The translations under genes and the position numbers were made by a program. From assembly GCF_006345805.1 (NCBI RefSeq), contig NC_042999.1:83638001-83702000 (forward strand): DNA of 64,000 bases, read 5' to 3'. Source of the stretch: Octopus sinensis. Taxonomy: Eukaryota. A model generated the notes under the pieces. That model was not told where the DNA came from and did not search any database. It worked only from the letters and a program-made list of their open reading frames with translations. Each line of letters opens with the position of its first letter. Within the stretch, counting starts at the first letter, position 1. Of this stretch, positions 1 through 13,424 are shown piece after piece.

Positions 1-129
1 TATGAGTGGGAAAATTACTAAAAGTAAATGTTTAAACGCCATGGAAGTAATTTGTGTACGTAGACTAAAGATTTATGAATATCGATACAAACTGATGGTG
101 GTGTAAATTTCTAGTGTTTAATTGATATC

Positions 130-300
130 TACGATACTTTGAGTTTTATTGTGTATTGGTATGTAGACAATATCTACATTTCAAAGACAAATCCAATAAT
201 GATAAATCTCTTTTAAGAATTCCTCACGGACAACATTGAGGCCACTTCGACAATTACCTGCTTAAATTCGGTGAATTTACACAATGCCACACCATATCAT
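130..300 (+). mobile_element. Possible degraded Penelope-like RT fragment
   Basis: Translates as IVYWYVDNIYISKTNPIMINLF*EFLTDNIEA, resembling the RYVDD region of PLE reverse transcriptases. A possible continuation lies at about 1250-1400, beyond the microsatellite. Confidence 0.35.
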
Positions 301-354
301 TTCCAACATTACTCTGATATATTTATCTAATAAATATTTGTCTGTGTGTGTGTA

Positions 355-416
355 GGTATGTATAAATAAATTTGTAAATATATATATATGTATATATGCA
401 TATACATACATACATA

Positions 417-469
<53 letters not shown>

Positions 470-557
470 TATATATTATATATATATACATGTATACATA
501 CTACATACATACATACATACTTACATACGTATGTACATACATACATACTTACATACA

Positions 558-588
<31 letters not shown>

Positions 589-630
589 CATACATACATA
601 CATAGTATGTACAAAACATTACATACATAC

Positions 631-661
<31 letters not shown>

Positions 662-972
662 CATACGTACATACTTGCATACATACATACATAACTACAT
701 ACATACATACATACTTACATCCATAATACATACATACATACCTCATACATACATACATGTATACATACATACATACATACATACTACTTACATACGTATG
801 TACATACATACATACTTACATACATAACATACATACATACATACATACATACATACATACATACCGTATGTACAACATACATACATACATACATACATAC
901 ATACATACATACATACATACATACGTACATACTTGCATACATACATACATACATACATACATACATACATAC

Positions 973-1003
<31 letters not shown>

Positions 1004-1076
1004 CATACATACATGTATACATACATACATACATACATACATACATACTTACATACGTATGTACATACATACATAC

Positions 1077-1107
<31 letters not shown>

Positions 1108-1245
1108 CATACATACATACATACATACATACATACATACGTACATAATACATACATACATACATACATACATACATACATACATACATACATACATACA
1201 TACATACATACATACATACATACGTACATACTTGCATACATACAT
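355..1245. repeat. Compound (TA)n/(TACA)n microsatellite array
   Basis: Directly visible; it explains all HTYI/MYVC ORFs in 277-1280. Confidence 0.97.
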
Positions 1246-1659
1246 ATGTGAGATCCAGAGATGTTCAATATAGAACTCACATAGTAGTGCTCAACTTATC
1301 AGGATTCTGCCGATCTTTCCATCTAGGTTGAATAACCTTCAATGTTTGCACTATCCAACTGCCAATTATGAACATTACAACTATTACGCAACCACAAGCC
1401 CCGAGAAATAACTGTCTGACTTAAAATACCATGCTTTCACCACATAGTCTTCTGTATGTTTTGTACGTCATGTAGATCTATTTATTTTGTCATATATAAA
1501 TATATATATGCTTATGCATCAAGTATTCACCTTCTGAGCATGTTCAGCTTTTGTTTCTCTCTCTCTCTGTATATCATTATATATATTCCAATGTGTATAT
1601 GTACGTATCTAGATTTTATATATGAAGCCCAAGCATAATTATCTGTATCGCTATCTCTC

Positions 1660-1758
1660 TCTCTCTCTTTATATATATATATATATGAGTGTGCGTGTGA
1701 GTAGATCGTCAGAGAGAGAGAGAGAGATATACAGACAGGCAGATAGATTGATATGTGC

Positions 1759-1817
<59 letters not shown>

Positions 1818-1880
1818 CTATATATATATATATATATATATATATCTGTATACTTAATATATATATATGTGTGTGTGTGT
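1660..1880. repeat. (CT)n/(GA)n/(TA)n/(TG)n microsatellites
   Basis: Directly visible. Confidence 0.95.
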
Positions 1881-2078
1881 GGACTTGTGGTAAGAATCTT
1901 GCTTCCCAATCAAATGATTCCGGTTTCCGCCTCACTGCATGACACTTAACGGTTCGGCAAAAGAAAAGGATAGAATATGTACCAGGCTTGAAAAAGAAGA
2001 AATGGGTCAATTCATTCGTCTAAATATCCAAGGGGTTATCCCAGCATAGCCGCAATCTAGTGACTGACACTAGTAAAA
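1878..2078 (+). mobile_element. Degraded, internally deleted copy of tRNA-derived SINE family A
   Basis: Head gtggtaagaatcttgcttcccaat and tail ttaacggttcggcaaaaga...gtgactgacactagtaaaa match the full copies at 9161 and 51056. Confidence 0.75.
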
Positions 2079-2107
2079 AAAAAAAAAGAATGTAATATAC
2101 ATAAACG

Positions 2108-2182
2108 TATTTGCGATGAGGTCTGGTGTTACGTTTTGTTTCCCTTAAAACAAAACGAAACACCACACCTCATCTCAAAATA
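2108..2182. repeat. Short near-perfect palindrome (hairpin)
   Basis: gatgaggtctggtgttacgttttgttt (2115-2141) pairs with aaacaaaacgaaacaccacacctcatc (2148-2174) at 25/27, with a 6-nt loop; pairing extends a few bases further out. Confidence 0.9.
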
Positions 2183-2504
2183 CTACCGTATAAATAATAG
2201 TAACTAACGTTTTTTTAGTTCTGTACATCCTCAAGGATAATTTCTTAATTCTATCACGCAATACCGTCAATGTTCCCGAGTATCAGTTAAAAAAAGTGTT
2301 CACTACTGTAAGCACTATTAGAAACAACAAAACAATTTAACTATGACTACATTTAAGCATATTGGAGAAGTAAATTTCTAATATCACGAAACATTAATTG
2401 CTTACAATACCGAGCACTTTTTGACGTGGTATTTGTGGCCAAAAAAAAAACACGAAAATAAAAAACGCTGATACATCCATTTAAAACGCATTTGCCTTAA
2501 TATA

Positions 2505-2720
<216 letters not shown>

Positions 2721-3000
2721 TATTGTCTTGTTACGTTGCCGATTTGAAACTGTCTTAAAACATATATTACTTTACTTTGAGAAATTTCTCCTACAAGGAA
2801 ATACAATCTCACTTTGCAGTTCACTTCAAATAATTTATATATTTCATTATTTCAAAACGACATTTTCAGCAAGTTTTCCGTAGTAGTTATTAAATTTACT
2901 TGCATGGTTTTTATGTGTTTATTGTGAATTGAAATATGTGTTATTTGCTGTGTTCCTGAGTGGAGTGTGTGCGTGAGAGTGGGATTTTCAGGTGTGCGTC

Positions 3001-3031
<31 letters not shown>

Positions 3032-3099
3032 ATGTGTGTAATTTTATTGGAGTGATACTTTTTTATAATAGGGAAAGGCATGTGGACGTATCTTTATAA

Positions 3100-3700
3100 T
3101 CTGGAAACAACCGCTCAGTTCAGAGACTGGTAATGTATAAGTTCAAAATCCAGGGATCAGCATAGAAAGACATGTTCCTTATTTGTGGGAGTAGCAAGAA
3201 TATCAATCGCACGGATCTTCTGGAACGTCGCTGTATCGTGAGCTGTGAACAGTCCATTGAGACACACAGAAGCCATAAAGAACCCATTAAGAAGGAGTAA
3301 CCAAACGATCTAAAGACGATCTGTATTCACCATAACAACGTGCAACTACACCCAACTCCTCCAGTAAATTACGAAAAAGGTGTATTGGACTCGCCAGTGG
3401 TTCCCAAATCCACCACACGGCTTGGATTTGGCACACTCCAGCTTCCACCTGTTTAGGCCTAAGAATGACAGCCTTCGTTGTCAGAGATTCGATGACACAG
3501 GCGAAGTGAAAAAAAGAAAAAGGACGCAAAGATATAGTTACAAGAAAACATCCAGAGATTCGAAAGCAAGGTTCAACGATGGTTCAAATGCAACAGCTTC
3601 AAGCAGTCCGTAGAGGATATAAAAAAACAACTTTTAAGAACAATAGTGGCTTATTGGAACAGAAGGCTGTAAATTTTTCCTGTATCGAAGTACGATAAGC
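3100..3700 (+). mobile_element. Degraded mariner transposase, C-terminal half
   Basis: Frame pieces ICIHHNNVQLH (HDNARPH-like), PNPPHGLDLAHSSFHLFRPKNDSLRCQRFDDTGEVKK (PHPPYSPDLAPSDFHLF...LRGQRF-like) and KVQRWFKC; frameshifted, no TIR found. Confidence 0.7.
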
Positions 3701-3963
3701 TGAAAAAGGTTATTTTATACTTCACGGCTAAGAAACATTTATAGCCTGAATTTTATCTACTCCATTCCTTGATGTTTTTTGATTTTTATACATACATACA
3801 TACATAAATACACCCCCCCCCACACACATATATATATATATATATATACACATGCGTACATTTATGTATATGTACGTATATATGCATATGTATATATATA
3901 TATATTGTAGAAATACATAAATCCGGAGGAGAAACACACTCAAAGATATAGAACAGTTAATAT

Positions 3964-4140
3964 TATAGCTGGATAGGCTGGTTTATGGGTTACCCTAGGT
4001 TTCTCGCTCATAAGGGGTTTAGCCTTACGGCGTATCTTCACACCTCAATCTCTGCTGGCCTGAAGATACTCGGTACGGCTAAATCCTTTATGAGCGAGAA
4101 ACCCAGGGTAACACCATAAACCGGCCTACCCTACTATATA
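3964..4140. mobile_element. Foldback/MITE-like palindrome
   Basis: Left arm about 3964-4040 is the near reverse complement of 4061-4140 (shared core gttacccT[A/G]ggtttctcgctcataa...tttagcc...gtatcttca), with a 20-nt spacer and TA-rich flanks. Confidence 0.8.
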
Positions 4141-4684
4141 ATATATAATATATATATATATATTATAAATTTATATATATAATATAATAATAATAATAAT
4201 AATGAGAATAATAATAATAATATATAATAATAAAAATAATATAAATAGTATATAAATATATGCATATATACATACATATATGTGCATACTCACATACATA
4301 TGCATATATACATGCATATATGGGTACAGAATATCAAAACAACGAAGACACAATGAGAAACGAAAACATAAAGATAAAACATAGAAAATGAACTTTTTGT
4401 CGAACAACGAAAAAAAACAGAGAACCGAGACATGCAACATAAAGAAAATTCCCTTCATCAGTTGTCAGTGTTTCATCTCCTCCGCATTTCGAAAAAAAGT
4501 TCGTTTTCTATGATTTTTTTTTCGTTTCTCATTGTATCTACGTTTTTGTTTTGATGTCCTGTTCCTATATATCATGTATATATGCATATATATGTAGGTA
4601 TGTACATATATGTATATATGCATATATTTATATATTATTGATATTATTATATGATCGAACGCCACGCATCCTTTTCTATGTAAG

Positions 4685-4720
<36 letters not shown>

Positions 4721-4824
4721 AAATAGTCAGAATGTTGGATGATTATATATATATTCTTTTTTATTTTAATCTTTTATATATTTTTAGGCTTTCTTCCTTC
4801 CTTATTGCGCTAAAATGTAAATAC

Positions 4825-4883
<59 letters not shown>

Positions 4884-4952
4884 TCATCCAATATTCTGAC
4901 TACCTTATTATCCTAGATATACAATATCTGTACATTACTTAAACTCTCTCTC

Positions 4953-5048
<96 letters not shown>

Positions 5049-6042
5049 CATACAGACATAATACTCATTAATGCATCAGACTTAGTGTAAGAATTTACAA
5101 AAAATATAAATAAATAAATAAATTGAGTATGAAAATCTGAAAGTAACCAGGCTAGTATAATTCTATTGAAAATATGAATGGTAGTACAATAAACCATTAT
5201 TTCATAAGCTTTATGTAATTGAGGATTTGTGTGGTGATTTGGAAATTCACTAAAAGAGAATGAGAATGATTATTTTTGCTGAAGGTCGTTAATAAAAAAT
5301 TGTAATAAAGACTTAGATATAAGTTGTTAAAATTATGGAAAGATAGAAAGTTAATGAGATATACATGCAAGAGAATATAGGAATGAATATTATAGAAAGT
5401 GAATACGCAGATAAATAAGCTAAGTTGTTAAAAGGCAATTTATGGGTAAGAAATATTTGGAACAATTACAAGTGAAGCTATAATAGTTTGTATGGTTTAT
5501 ATATTTCAAGAAACGTACATAGACGTATAAATTAAGTTGTCAAAAAAAAAAAAAAAAGAATTCGGTGAGTATGGAATGCAGGTGTAGGACTAATGAGTTA
5601 ATATAATTAATATATTTTAGAGTAGGTGGTATTGTTGAATATTTGTGAATACAACGTGTGTGGTGACTATTGAAGTAAATTGCAAAGTCAAAATGCATTG
5701 TTCAACATGGATTGGCGTCGGCTTTTATGATTTGTTGTTCAAGTAACTAATAATAGCGTGAATTACTGAGTAACTTGAAGACTGGTGGGTGTTTTGTATG
5801 TATATATACATGACATTTGGTTGGGTTCTTCGTATTTAAATATACCATCTGACGGTACAATCTATGATCGATCTTAATTGGTGATAATTGTTAAGTATTT
5901 ATTCATCTTGATTACCAGTCGCAGAAATGAAAGTAATAAAACAAAATAAGCGAAATATCAGCAACTTGCTTCCAGGCATTCTCACAACACGCCTACGCAT
6001 GCACACACACACACACACACATGTATATATTCAGGAAGAGAT

Positions 6043-6075
<33 letters not shown>

Positions 6076-6403
6076 AACAGTCAGAGACAAATAGACGAGT
6101 GGCTACAGCCTTCTTAGATTCGTTTAGCAAATTATAAGGACAAAATTTTCATTATTTGTGTAGGTCGTCCTTAGAATAAAAGATAAACCTGCCTATGATA
6201 GGATTCGAACTCCGAAAGCCAAAGGGTGTAAATATATGCCTGAACGTATTTTGTCTGATGCTTTACTGATTTTGTAAATCCATTAATGCCTAAACACAGC
6301 TTTATGTTGGCGACACATAAGTGATTTACTGTATATTATGCTATATACTTTCAGGCAATATGACAACAAAAAATCGTATATAGAAATTATATACATATAT
6401 ACC

Positions 6404-6472
<69 letters not shown>

Positions 6473-6877
6473 ACACCCTCAATATATATATATATATGTA
6501 TGCGTATGCGCGTGTGTTTTCTTTCTTGAGTCTTCTTATATGTATGTATGTATGGATGTATGCGAGTGTGTTAATGTACGCATACGTGTGTTAGATTCTG
6601 CTGTAACTTTGATACAATAAATGGGTCGAAGATATAAGATTTTAAATATATTCCCCAGTTAAAGATAAACAGTATAAGATAAAAAAGTTGTACAATATGG
6701 GGAATTAGAGATTAAGAGGAAACAAAAATAAGATCCAGATCAATAGGCCATATAGCTTAGCTTACAAGATTAAATACTTGTACAATCTGTCCTCTTTATC
6801 AAATATTTGTTTGTGGTGCGTGCGTTCACCGTTGCGTATATCGTAGCTATACATATGCATAATAAATACGTATATTA

Positions 6878-6918
<41 letters not shown>

Positions 6919-7139
6919 GTATCGTGTATATATATATTTATAGATATATATATATATCTATGTATAAAAACATATATATATATATAATACATATATATAT
7001 ATATTGTCATATATATATATATATGTAATATATATTATTTTATAGTCATATATTCATATATATATATATATATATGTGTGTGTGTATAAGTGGTAGAGAA
7101 AGACTGACAAACTGAGAAAGAGCGATAGAGTGTGAAGAG

Positions 7140-7143
7140 ATTA

Positions 7144-7188
<45 letters not shown>

Positions 7189-7240
7189 CATTATTATTAT
7201 TATTATTATTATCATCCTCCTCCTCATTATTATTATTTTG
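7140..7240. repeat. (TTA)n microsatellite
   Basis: Directly visible; source of the poly-Tyr ORF. Confidence 0.95.
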
Positions 7241-7553
7241 ACGCCAACGCCTTTACGATATGTTTGATAGCAAACTCTCAAAATACCTTTATGGTTTTTG
7301 TAGCATCACTAGCGCATCTCAATGGTATTGGAAGACAAAACCAGAAGAGAAATGATAAGAATACTCCGTGGGAATCACTTATAAAGTCGGTGCTTCATTA
7401 GAAGGAAACGACGAAATTGAAATAAAGTGTTTGAAAGACTACCGAAATTCTTCTTTAGATCAAGTTCAGGACTTAGGAGGTCGTTTTTTTTTAGAGATCC
7501 CGTCCCAATTATTACGGCATAACGTTCAATTAAAATCAGCTGTGATACACATG

Positions 7554-7585
<32 letters not shown>

Positions 7586-7679
7586 CACACACAAACGAAC
7601 CCACCGTTCGCGCACACACTTACACACGGCCATGCACATACATACTCAGTATCAGACACAGTCAGATCGTCATACTCCT

Positions 7680-8003
7680 AAAGACTCCGCCGGTTACGAC
7701 GACGAGGGTCCCAGCTGATACGATCAACGGAACAGCTTGCTCGTGAAATTAACGTGCAAATGGCTGAGCATTCCACAGACACGTGTACCCTTAACGTAGT
7801 TCTCGGGGATAATCAGCGTGACACAGAGAGTGACAAGGCTGACCCTTTGAAATACAAGTACACAACTCATTTTGCCAGCTGAGTGGACTGGAGCAACGTG
7901 AAATAAATTGTCTTGCTCAAGGACACAACGCGTCGCCGGGAATCGAACTCACAACCTTACGATCATGAGCCGAATGCCCTAACCACTAAGCCACGCGCCC
8001 TCA
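7680..8003 (-). mobile_element. tRNA-derived SINE family C
   Basis: Minus-strand head GCGTGGCTTAGTGGTTAGGGCATTCGGCTCATGATCGTAAGGTTGTGAGTTCGATTCCC has A/B-box-like motifs; the 3' body is shared with 16512 and 17516. Confidence 0.9.
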
Positions 8004-8124
8004 CTCGTCATACTAACCACATCACATATAAGCGCACGCACGCGCCCGTATATAAATGTATAGATATGCATGTATGTATATATGTATGTATGCATGTTTG
8101 TATGTATGTATGCATGCATTATTC

Positions 8125-8183
<59 letters not shown>

Positions 8184-8604
8184 TGTGTGTGTGTGCGCGT
8201 GTATAACTGGGTATATATATATATTTGTGAGTATGTTTATGCACATAGGTACACTCACAACTTAATCCACATACACGCGCCTACATGTGTATGCTTGCAT
8301 GTGTCTGTAAAAGTAAATACGTTTTGTGTGCGTATGCGTGTGCGCGTGTGTGTTCGTGCGTGTATGCGTGAGTCTGTGAGTGTAAACGTGAAAGAAGACA
8401 TATATTTGATTGTCTTGTTATTTCAAAGTGTTGTGAGTTCCGGTTGTATATACTGCTTTATATTATCCTAGTTGTTTTAATGTCTATGTCAGTACGTCTC
8501 AGATTAATCCCAAAGATGGCTGCTGTATAGGTTTTACTCTAATATAGAACACGATAATTCTAAGAAATAGTCTGGAAAATGTATGTGAAACTTTAAAAAA
8601 ATAA

Positions 8605-8855
8605 TAAATGCGCCCTTTTAAAGCCTAGCCAGGTTCATGGGCCCGGTTTCCCGGTTTCAATGGCGTGTGTGTTCCCCAGCTGGACGGGACGCTAGTCCAT
8701 GGCAGCGTTACTCATTTTTACCAGCTGAGTGGACTGGAGCAACGTGAAATGAAGTGTTTTGCTCAAGAACACAACGCGCCGCCGGGACCAGGAATCGAAA
8801 CCACAATCTTACGATCATGAGGCTGACACCCTAAACACTAAGCCACGCGCTTCCA
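8605..8855 (-). mobile_element. tRNA-derived SINE related to family C (same head, different 3' end)
   Basis: Head gcgtggcttagtgtttagggtgtcagcctcatgatcgtaagattgtggtttcgattcc; shares the segment ttcacgttgctccagtccactcagctgg. Confidence 0.85.
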
Positions 8856-9160
8856 CGTGTGAAACTTACTCTGATTATTTTGCAGGTGATACAAAGTGAG
8901 TTTCTCCTGATATCTCTGAGAAACAATGCTGCCCTTCTATAAAAACACTGTATTGACTATCACGTTATTATATGTCGTGTTGTGTTGTAGCGCACAGGTA
9001 AAAACACTCAAACTAGCACACGATTATAAGTGAACTGCTATATACATACTAGAAATTTACATGTACACTAATAATAATCGGTACGTTTGGTTTTGTATGT
9101 AAATGCCTAACTGTCAGTCTGTATAACCTTGGATTTTCAGAAAAAGAAATAAAAATGAAT

Positions 9161-9323
9161 AGGGGTAGGAGTGGATGTGTGGTAAGTAGCTTGCTTACCA
9201 ACCACAGGGTTTCGGGTCGAGTTCGACTGCGTGGCACCTTGGGCAAGTGTCTTCATATATACTCTCGGGTCGATCAAAGCCTTGTGAGTGGATTTGGTAG
9301 ACAGAAACTGAAAGAAGCCCGTC

Positions 9324-9391
<68 letters not shown>

Positions 9392-9604
9392 TCTCTGTTT
9401 GTCATCCCAGCATCGCTTGACAACCGATGTTGGTGTGTTTACATCCCCGTAACTTAGCGGTTCGGCAAAAGAGACCGATAGAATAAGTACTAGGCTTACA
9501 AAGAATAAGTCATGGGTCCGATTTACTCGACTAAAGGCGGTGCTCCAGCATGGCCACAGTCAAATGACTGAAACACGTAAAAGCGTAAAAAGAGTAAAAG
9601 AGTA
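9161..9604 (+). mobile_element. Full-length tRNA-derived SINE family A with internal microsatellite
   Basis: Head gtggatgtgtggtaagtagcttgct...ggtcgagttcgactgcgtggcacc, central (TA)n(TG)n, tail gtcaaatgactgaaac...aaaagagtaaaagagt. Confidence 0.92.
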
Positions 9605-9828
9605 ACCGGCTCGCACACTACAAATACAATCTGTAAGTGTAAGAGTCAAACTATGTAAAGCTCTTCTCGGATTTAAAATGTGACACTGTTTTCGTTATGG
9701 ATGGAGCTTTGTATCTTTGTTAGAAGCTCGCTCGTTCTCAAAAAGAAGAATTTAAATAATTAAAAGCAGAAAAGAACATACAAAGATACATACATACATA
9801 TACATACATACATACATACATACATGCA

Positions 9829-9861
<33 letters not shown>

Positions 9862-9862
<1 letters not shown>

Positions 9863-10178
9863 AATCTGCAGTTACTCTATCCAGATTACGAGTTCAGTTT
9901 TATACCTGTAATTATTGGGGAACTGAGCCATGTAACACACTGCCTAAATACTAATCCTGAGAAATTAGGCTTCTCAAAAGCTAAATGGAGAAAGCTGATT
10001 CCAAGGCTATAGATCCAATTCATCACTTGAACTGTAAAAATCTGTAAAACTTTCTAGAAGTTTATCATTTAAGTATATATGAGCATGTCTATGCATGAAA
10101 AGCCATGCGTAAAATAAAACATACAAATCAGCACGTATGCATACATACATACATACATACATACATACATACATACAT

Positions 10179-10209
<31 letters not shown>

Positions 10210-10395
10210 TACATACATACATACATATATACATACATACATACATACATATATACATACATACATACATACGTACGTACATATAAAAATACCCTGCTGA
10301 TGTTTAAATTCCGATGAAAAGGCCTTGGATCTTGATTAGAAACCGGTTCTTTCTCCATTGGCAAGAAATCTTGAAATAAAACTGAATAACGACAT
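9862..10395 (+). mobile_element. 3' end of an RLE-type (R2/R4-group) LINE with its 3' UTR
   Basis: LQLLYPDYEFSFIPVIIGELSHVTHCLNTNPEKLGFSK...TVKICKTF matches the PVIIGALG-type C-terminus. The UTR motif at 10290-10395 recurs at 31490-31595. Confidence 0.7.
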
Positions 10396-10622
10396 ATTTA
10401 CATACATACATAAATACATACATACATACATACATACATACATACATACATACATACATACATACACACACACATACATACATACTTGCATACATACATA
10501 CATACATACATACATACATACATACATACATACATGTATACATACATATATACATATTTACATATATACATACATACATACATACATACATACATGCATA
10601 CATACATACATGTATACATACA

Positions 10623-10656
<34 letters not shown>

Positions 10657-10695
10657 CATACATACATACATACATACATACATACATGCATGCAT
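10140..10695. repeat. (TACA)n arrays
   Basis: Directly visible. Confidence 0.95.
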
Positions 10696-11039
10696 GCGCA
10701 TTTCCTCACTTCGTGATGACCTCCCTTGAAAACCTCATACTCTTATCATCCGAATTCCAGCAAGAGGGTTTTATTTCCTCTTCCTTATAATTGTCTTGAG
10801 TAGTAGCTTTCAGCTAGGCTCCATATGACCCTTGCGGGTTCTTATAAGGTTTTGTTGTTAAAATTTATGTGCAATAAATTGGTTGAACTTTTACAATACA
10901 GAAACTGTTTTAACAATTTTTTATGCAATTTGTAATAAAGCTTAATTATGAATATTAGAGTATGGTTTTTCTTAAACACCTAATGTCTATGAGCCTCTGC
11001 CCGAGTAAAACAGTAATCAAAGGGATCCATAGGTACAAT

Positions 11040-11550
11040 ACGGTTTAGAGGAAGGGACTGCGCGCAAGACCTTCGAAAATCCTTTGACAATGGTAAACTT
11101 GATGTCAATAGTGTTCCATTTGAAATGCTGCATGTCAACATTTAGGAGAAAAACATAACCAGGAAGGAGATTCCAGAATGACGTGGTGACATGTTGGTCA
11201 TTGGTATATAAAAGGATTGATGTGTGGACGAGAAAAAGAAATCTGGAGTATACTGGGGTTGATTGAAAGTGAGTCAGAAAGAACTACTTCAAGACATAGT
11301 GAGATAGTGCTAATAAATAGGAATTTTTCAATAGATGAGAGATGGATGGAGATCGTAAGTAGGAAACTTTGATAGGAAATTTGCTTGTCAGACACATTGA
11401 AGGATTTTTATATATTTAGAGCAACGACATTGCTTTTACTGAACTTGCCTAACATGAAAGCTTACTGGTGAGTGGCAAAAGCTTTTAGATTTCTGACAGA
11501 TCTAGTTCTGCTGTTTCAAATTTTGGCAGAAGCCCAGCAATTTTAGGGGA
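11040..11550 (-). mobile_element. Degraded L2/CR1-type LINE RT fragment
   Basis: Minus-strand SNVVALNI*KSFNVSDKQ...IEKFLFISTISLCLEVVLSDSLSINPSILQ aligns by eye to VALDISKAFD.VWH...FLS.R.I.V..DG.LS....IN.GVPQGS. Confidence 0.65.
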
Positions 11551-11584
11551 AGAAGGCTACCCTGTGACATCGATTGGAACTTAT

Positions 11585-11700
11585 TTTATGGATCCAAAAG
11601 GATGAAAAGTGAATTCGACCTCGGCGGAAATTAGAACGTAACGAGTCGGAAAAATGTCGTTAAGTACATTGAAACGCTAAAGTTTCTGTCAGCTCGCCAC
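11585..11700 (-). mobile_element. Fragment of SINE family B
   Basis: aaggatgaaaagtgaattcgacctcggcggaaattagaac matches 32990-33135. Confidence 0.75.
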
Positions 11701-12009
11701 GTTGATTTCACAGACGATAACAGCGAATTAAATGATGATTGTTAAAACAATGTATCTGATTTGGTATTTCTATATATATTCAATTCGGCCAGGTCGACTC
11801 GAAATAATAACCCAGGCCTGCGACCAAAAAATTTTACACATTTATTGTGTAAAAGTGATCAATTTTTATCTGCTGATTTAAAAAATTATTAAGACATCGT
11901 CCACGTAATTTCTGCTCCAAATCGATTGTTGCATTTCACCATTATACCTGAATTTGGCTATTGTTTTCTTTTATTACTATCAATTGCCATATCTAAATAA
12001 ATTATAACA

Positions 12010-12780
12010 GTATAGCTAATAGGTGTAACTTCCGAATTTAAAAAAATACTTTGATCTGAAATTAGGCGACTTATATAAGGTCTGCTCAATTTGTGTTGAA
12101 GAATTAAAAGGATGGACAAAATATACAAAGAAATCTGTTTGTTCCAATGATATGACGAAGGCTAAAAATCACGATAACTGCTACTTTACCTCATCTGGAT
12201 GATTTGCGGCGACTTGAAAAAAATAAGTATACTGCTTGGACAACAGTCAGGCTACACAAAGTTTCCTTGTTTCTTGTGTGAATGGGACAGTAGAACCTCC
12301 ATTTGCCTAAAAATATATAGAATTCCTAAGTAGGGATAGCTTACATCAGGTACAAAGAAAATCCTTCGAGAAAGTTTGTTTATCCGAAAAGTGTTATTTA
12401 GCCTTCTATACATATAAACATTAGCCTCATGAAGCAATTGGTAAAAGCTTTGCCACGGGATAGAGAGAGATTCAGGTTGTAGGAAAGAACTTTTTTGATA
12501 TTTCAAATTAACACCACAAAAATATATAAAGTAACATGCAATTATCAAAACTATTTTCAAAATGTTCCATTTCGAGACCTGTGTAATGGGTTCCAAAAAA
12601 TACCATCCTCTATTATACAACGTTTTACCTTGCTATAACGCTTATATATACAACCATGCAAACTGGGAAATCGAGACCTAAAACAGCATTGCCGATGTGA
12701 AAGAAATTGTCGAGTCTTTGGCTGACAATCAAACGCACTAAACATTCACCCAGATGCAATTGTTAGCCATAATTAAACAG
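12010..12780 (+). mobile_element. Internally deleted, degraded Chapaev3-like (CMC superfamily) transposase
   Basis: KLGDLYKVCSICVEELKGW...NHDNCYF, then WMICGDLKKISILLGQQSGYTKFPCFLCEWDSR and SLMKQLVKALPRD, motifs I recall from Chapaev3-type transposases. Confidence 0.65.
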
Positions 12781-13424
12781 CACATTGAATCAACAATCCT
12801 TCAATCTAGCTGGAGACTGCGCCTCACCGTGGGTAGTAAAGTGTCATGTTTTTAAATTATATATTTAAGCAGTCAGAAAGTCTGAATGTTTTAGAGTTTG
12901 AATGATTCTCTTTATCATACATCTTCATTGCTGCATAACATTTTATTTTTATTTTCAAACATTATAAGCTTTTGTTCTCGGTTCTGATAACTGCGTAGTT
13001 AGACTGGTAGACTCAGTTGGTGTCTAGTAGTTTCAAATCCTCGGGGCTTCATACACCGGATTAATGAGAAAGATATTTTCCTTTAACAAACATTAATTAA
13101 TACTTGTTGCAGCCAATTATAAGTTACCATGGATATATGTGCGAGAAGCAATAGACGCGTTCTTCTTAGGATTTATAGTATTTAATGGTTTAAAAACCAA
13201 GAAACATCTGTAAAAATACAAAATAGCTGATTAATCTTTAAGCAAATTACTATATGCAAAATATTTTCAAGCACGATCACGACACTAACAATAACAACAT
13301 CATTAAAAACAAAACAATAACGTTATTAATAATACATTTAAAAAAAAATAAAATTCGTCATTATACTGTTTTTGTTTTAAAATCTCAACAGATAGTGTTT
13401 TTGAAATTATTTAGTTTATCAATA

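Noticed and set aside
277-1280. Many ORFs of HTYI/MYVC/IYIY type here and throughout the window
   Set aside because: They are translations of microsatellites, which lack stop codons in several frames.
4330-4560. CTGATGA on the minus strand with an upstream GAAA (possible permuted hammerhead)
   Set aside because: No convincing stem III, cleavage triplet or stem I.
8886-8895. Possible 10-nt microexon (tttgcag|GTGATACAAA|gtgagt)
   Set aside because: Length not a multiple of 3, no partner exons found, and such motif pairs occur by chance in 64 kb; needs RNA-seq.
10305-10352. CCGATGA...GAAACCGGTTC in a LINE 3' UTR (also at 31510-31550)
   Set aside because: Core is not conserved between the two copies (CCGATGA versus CCAATGA) and stem II does not close properly.
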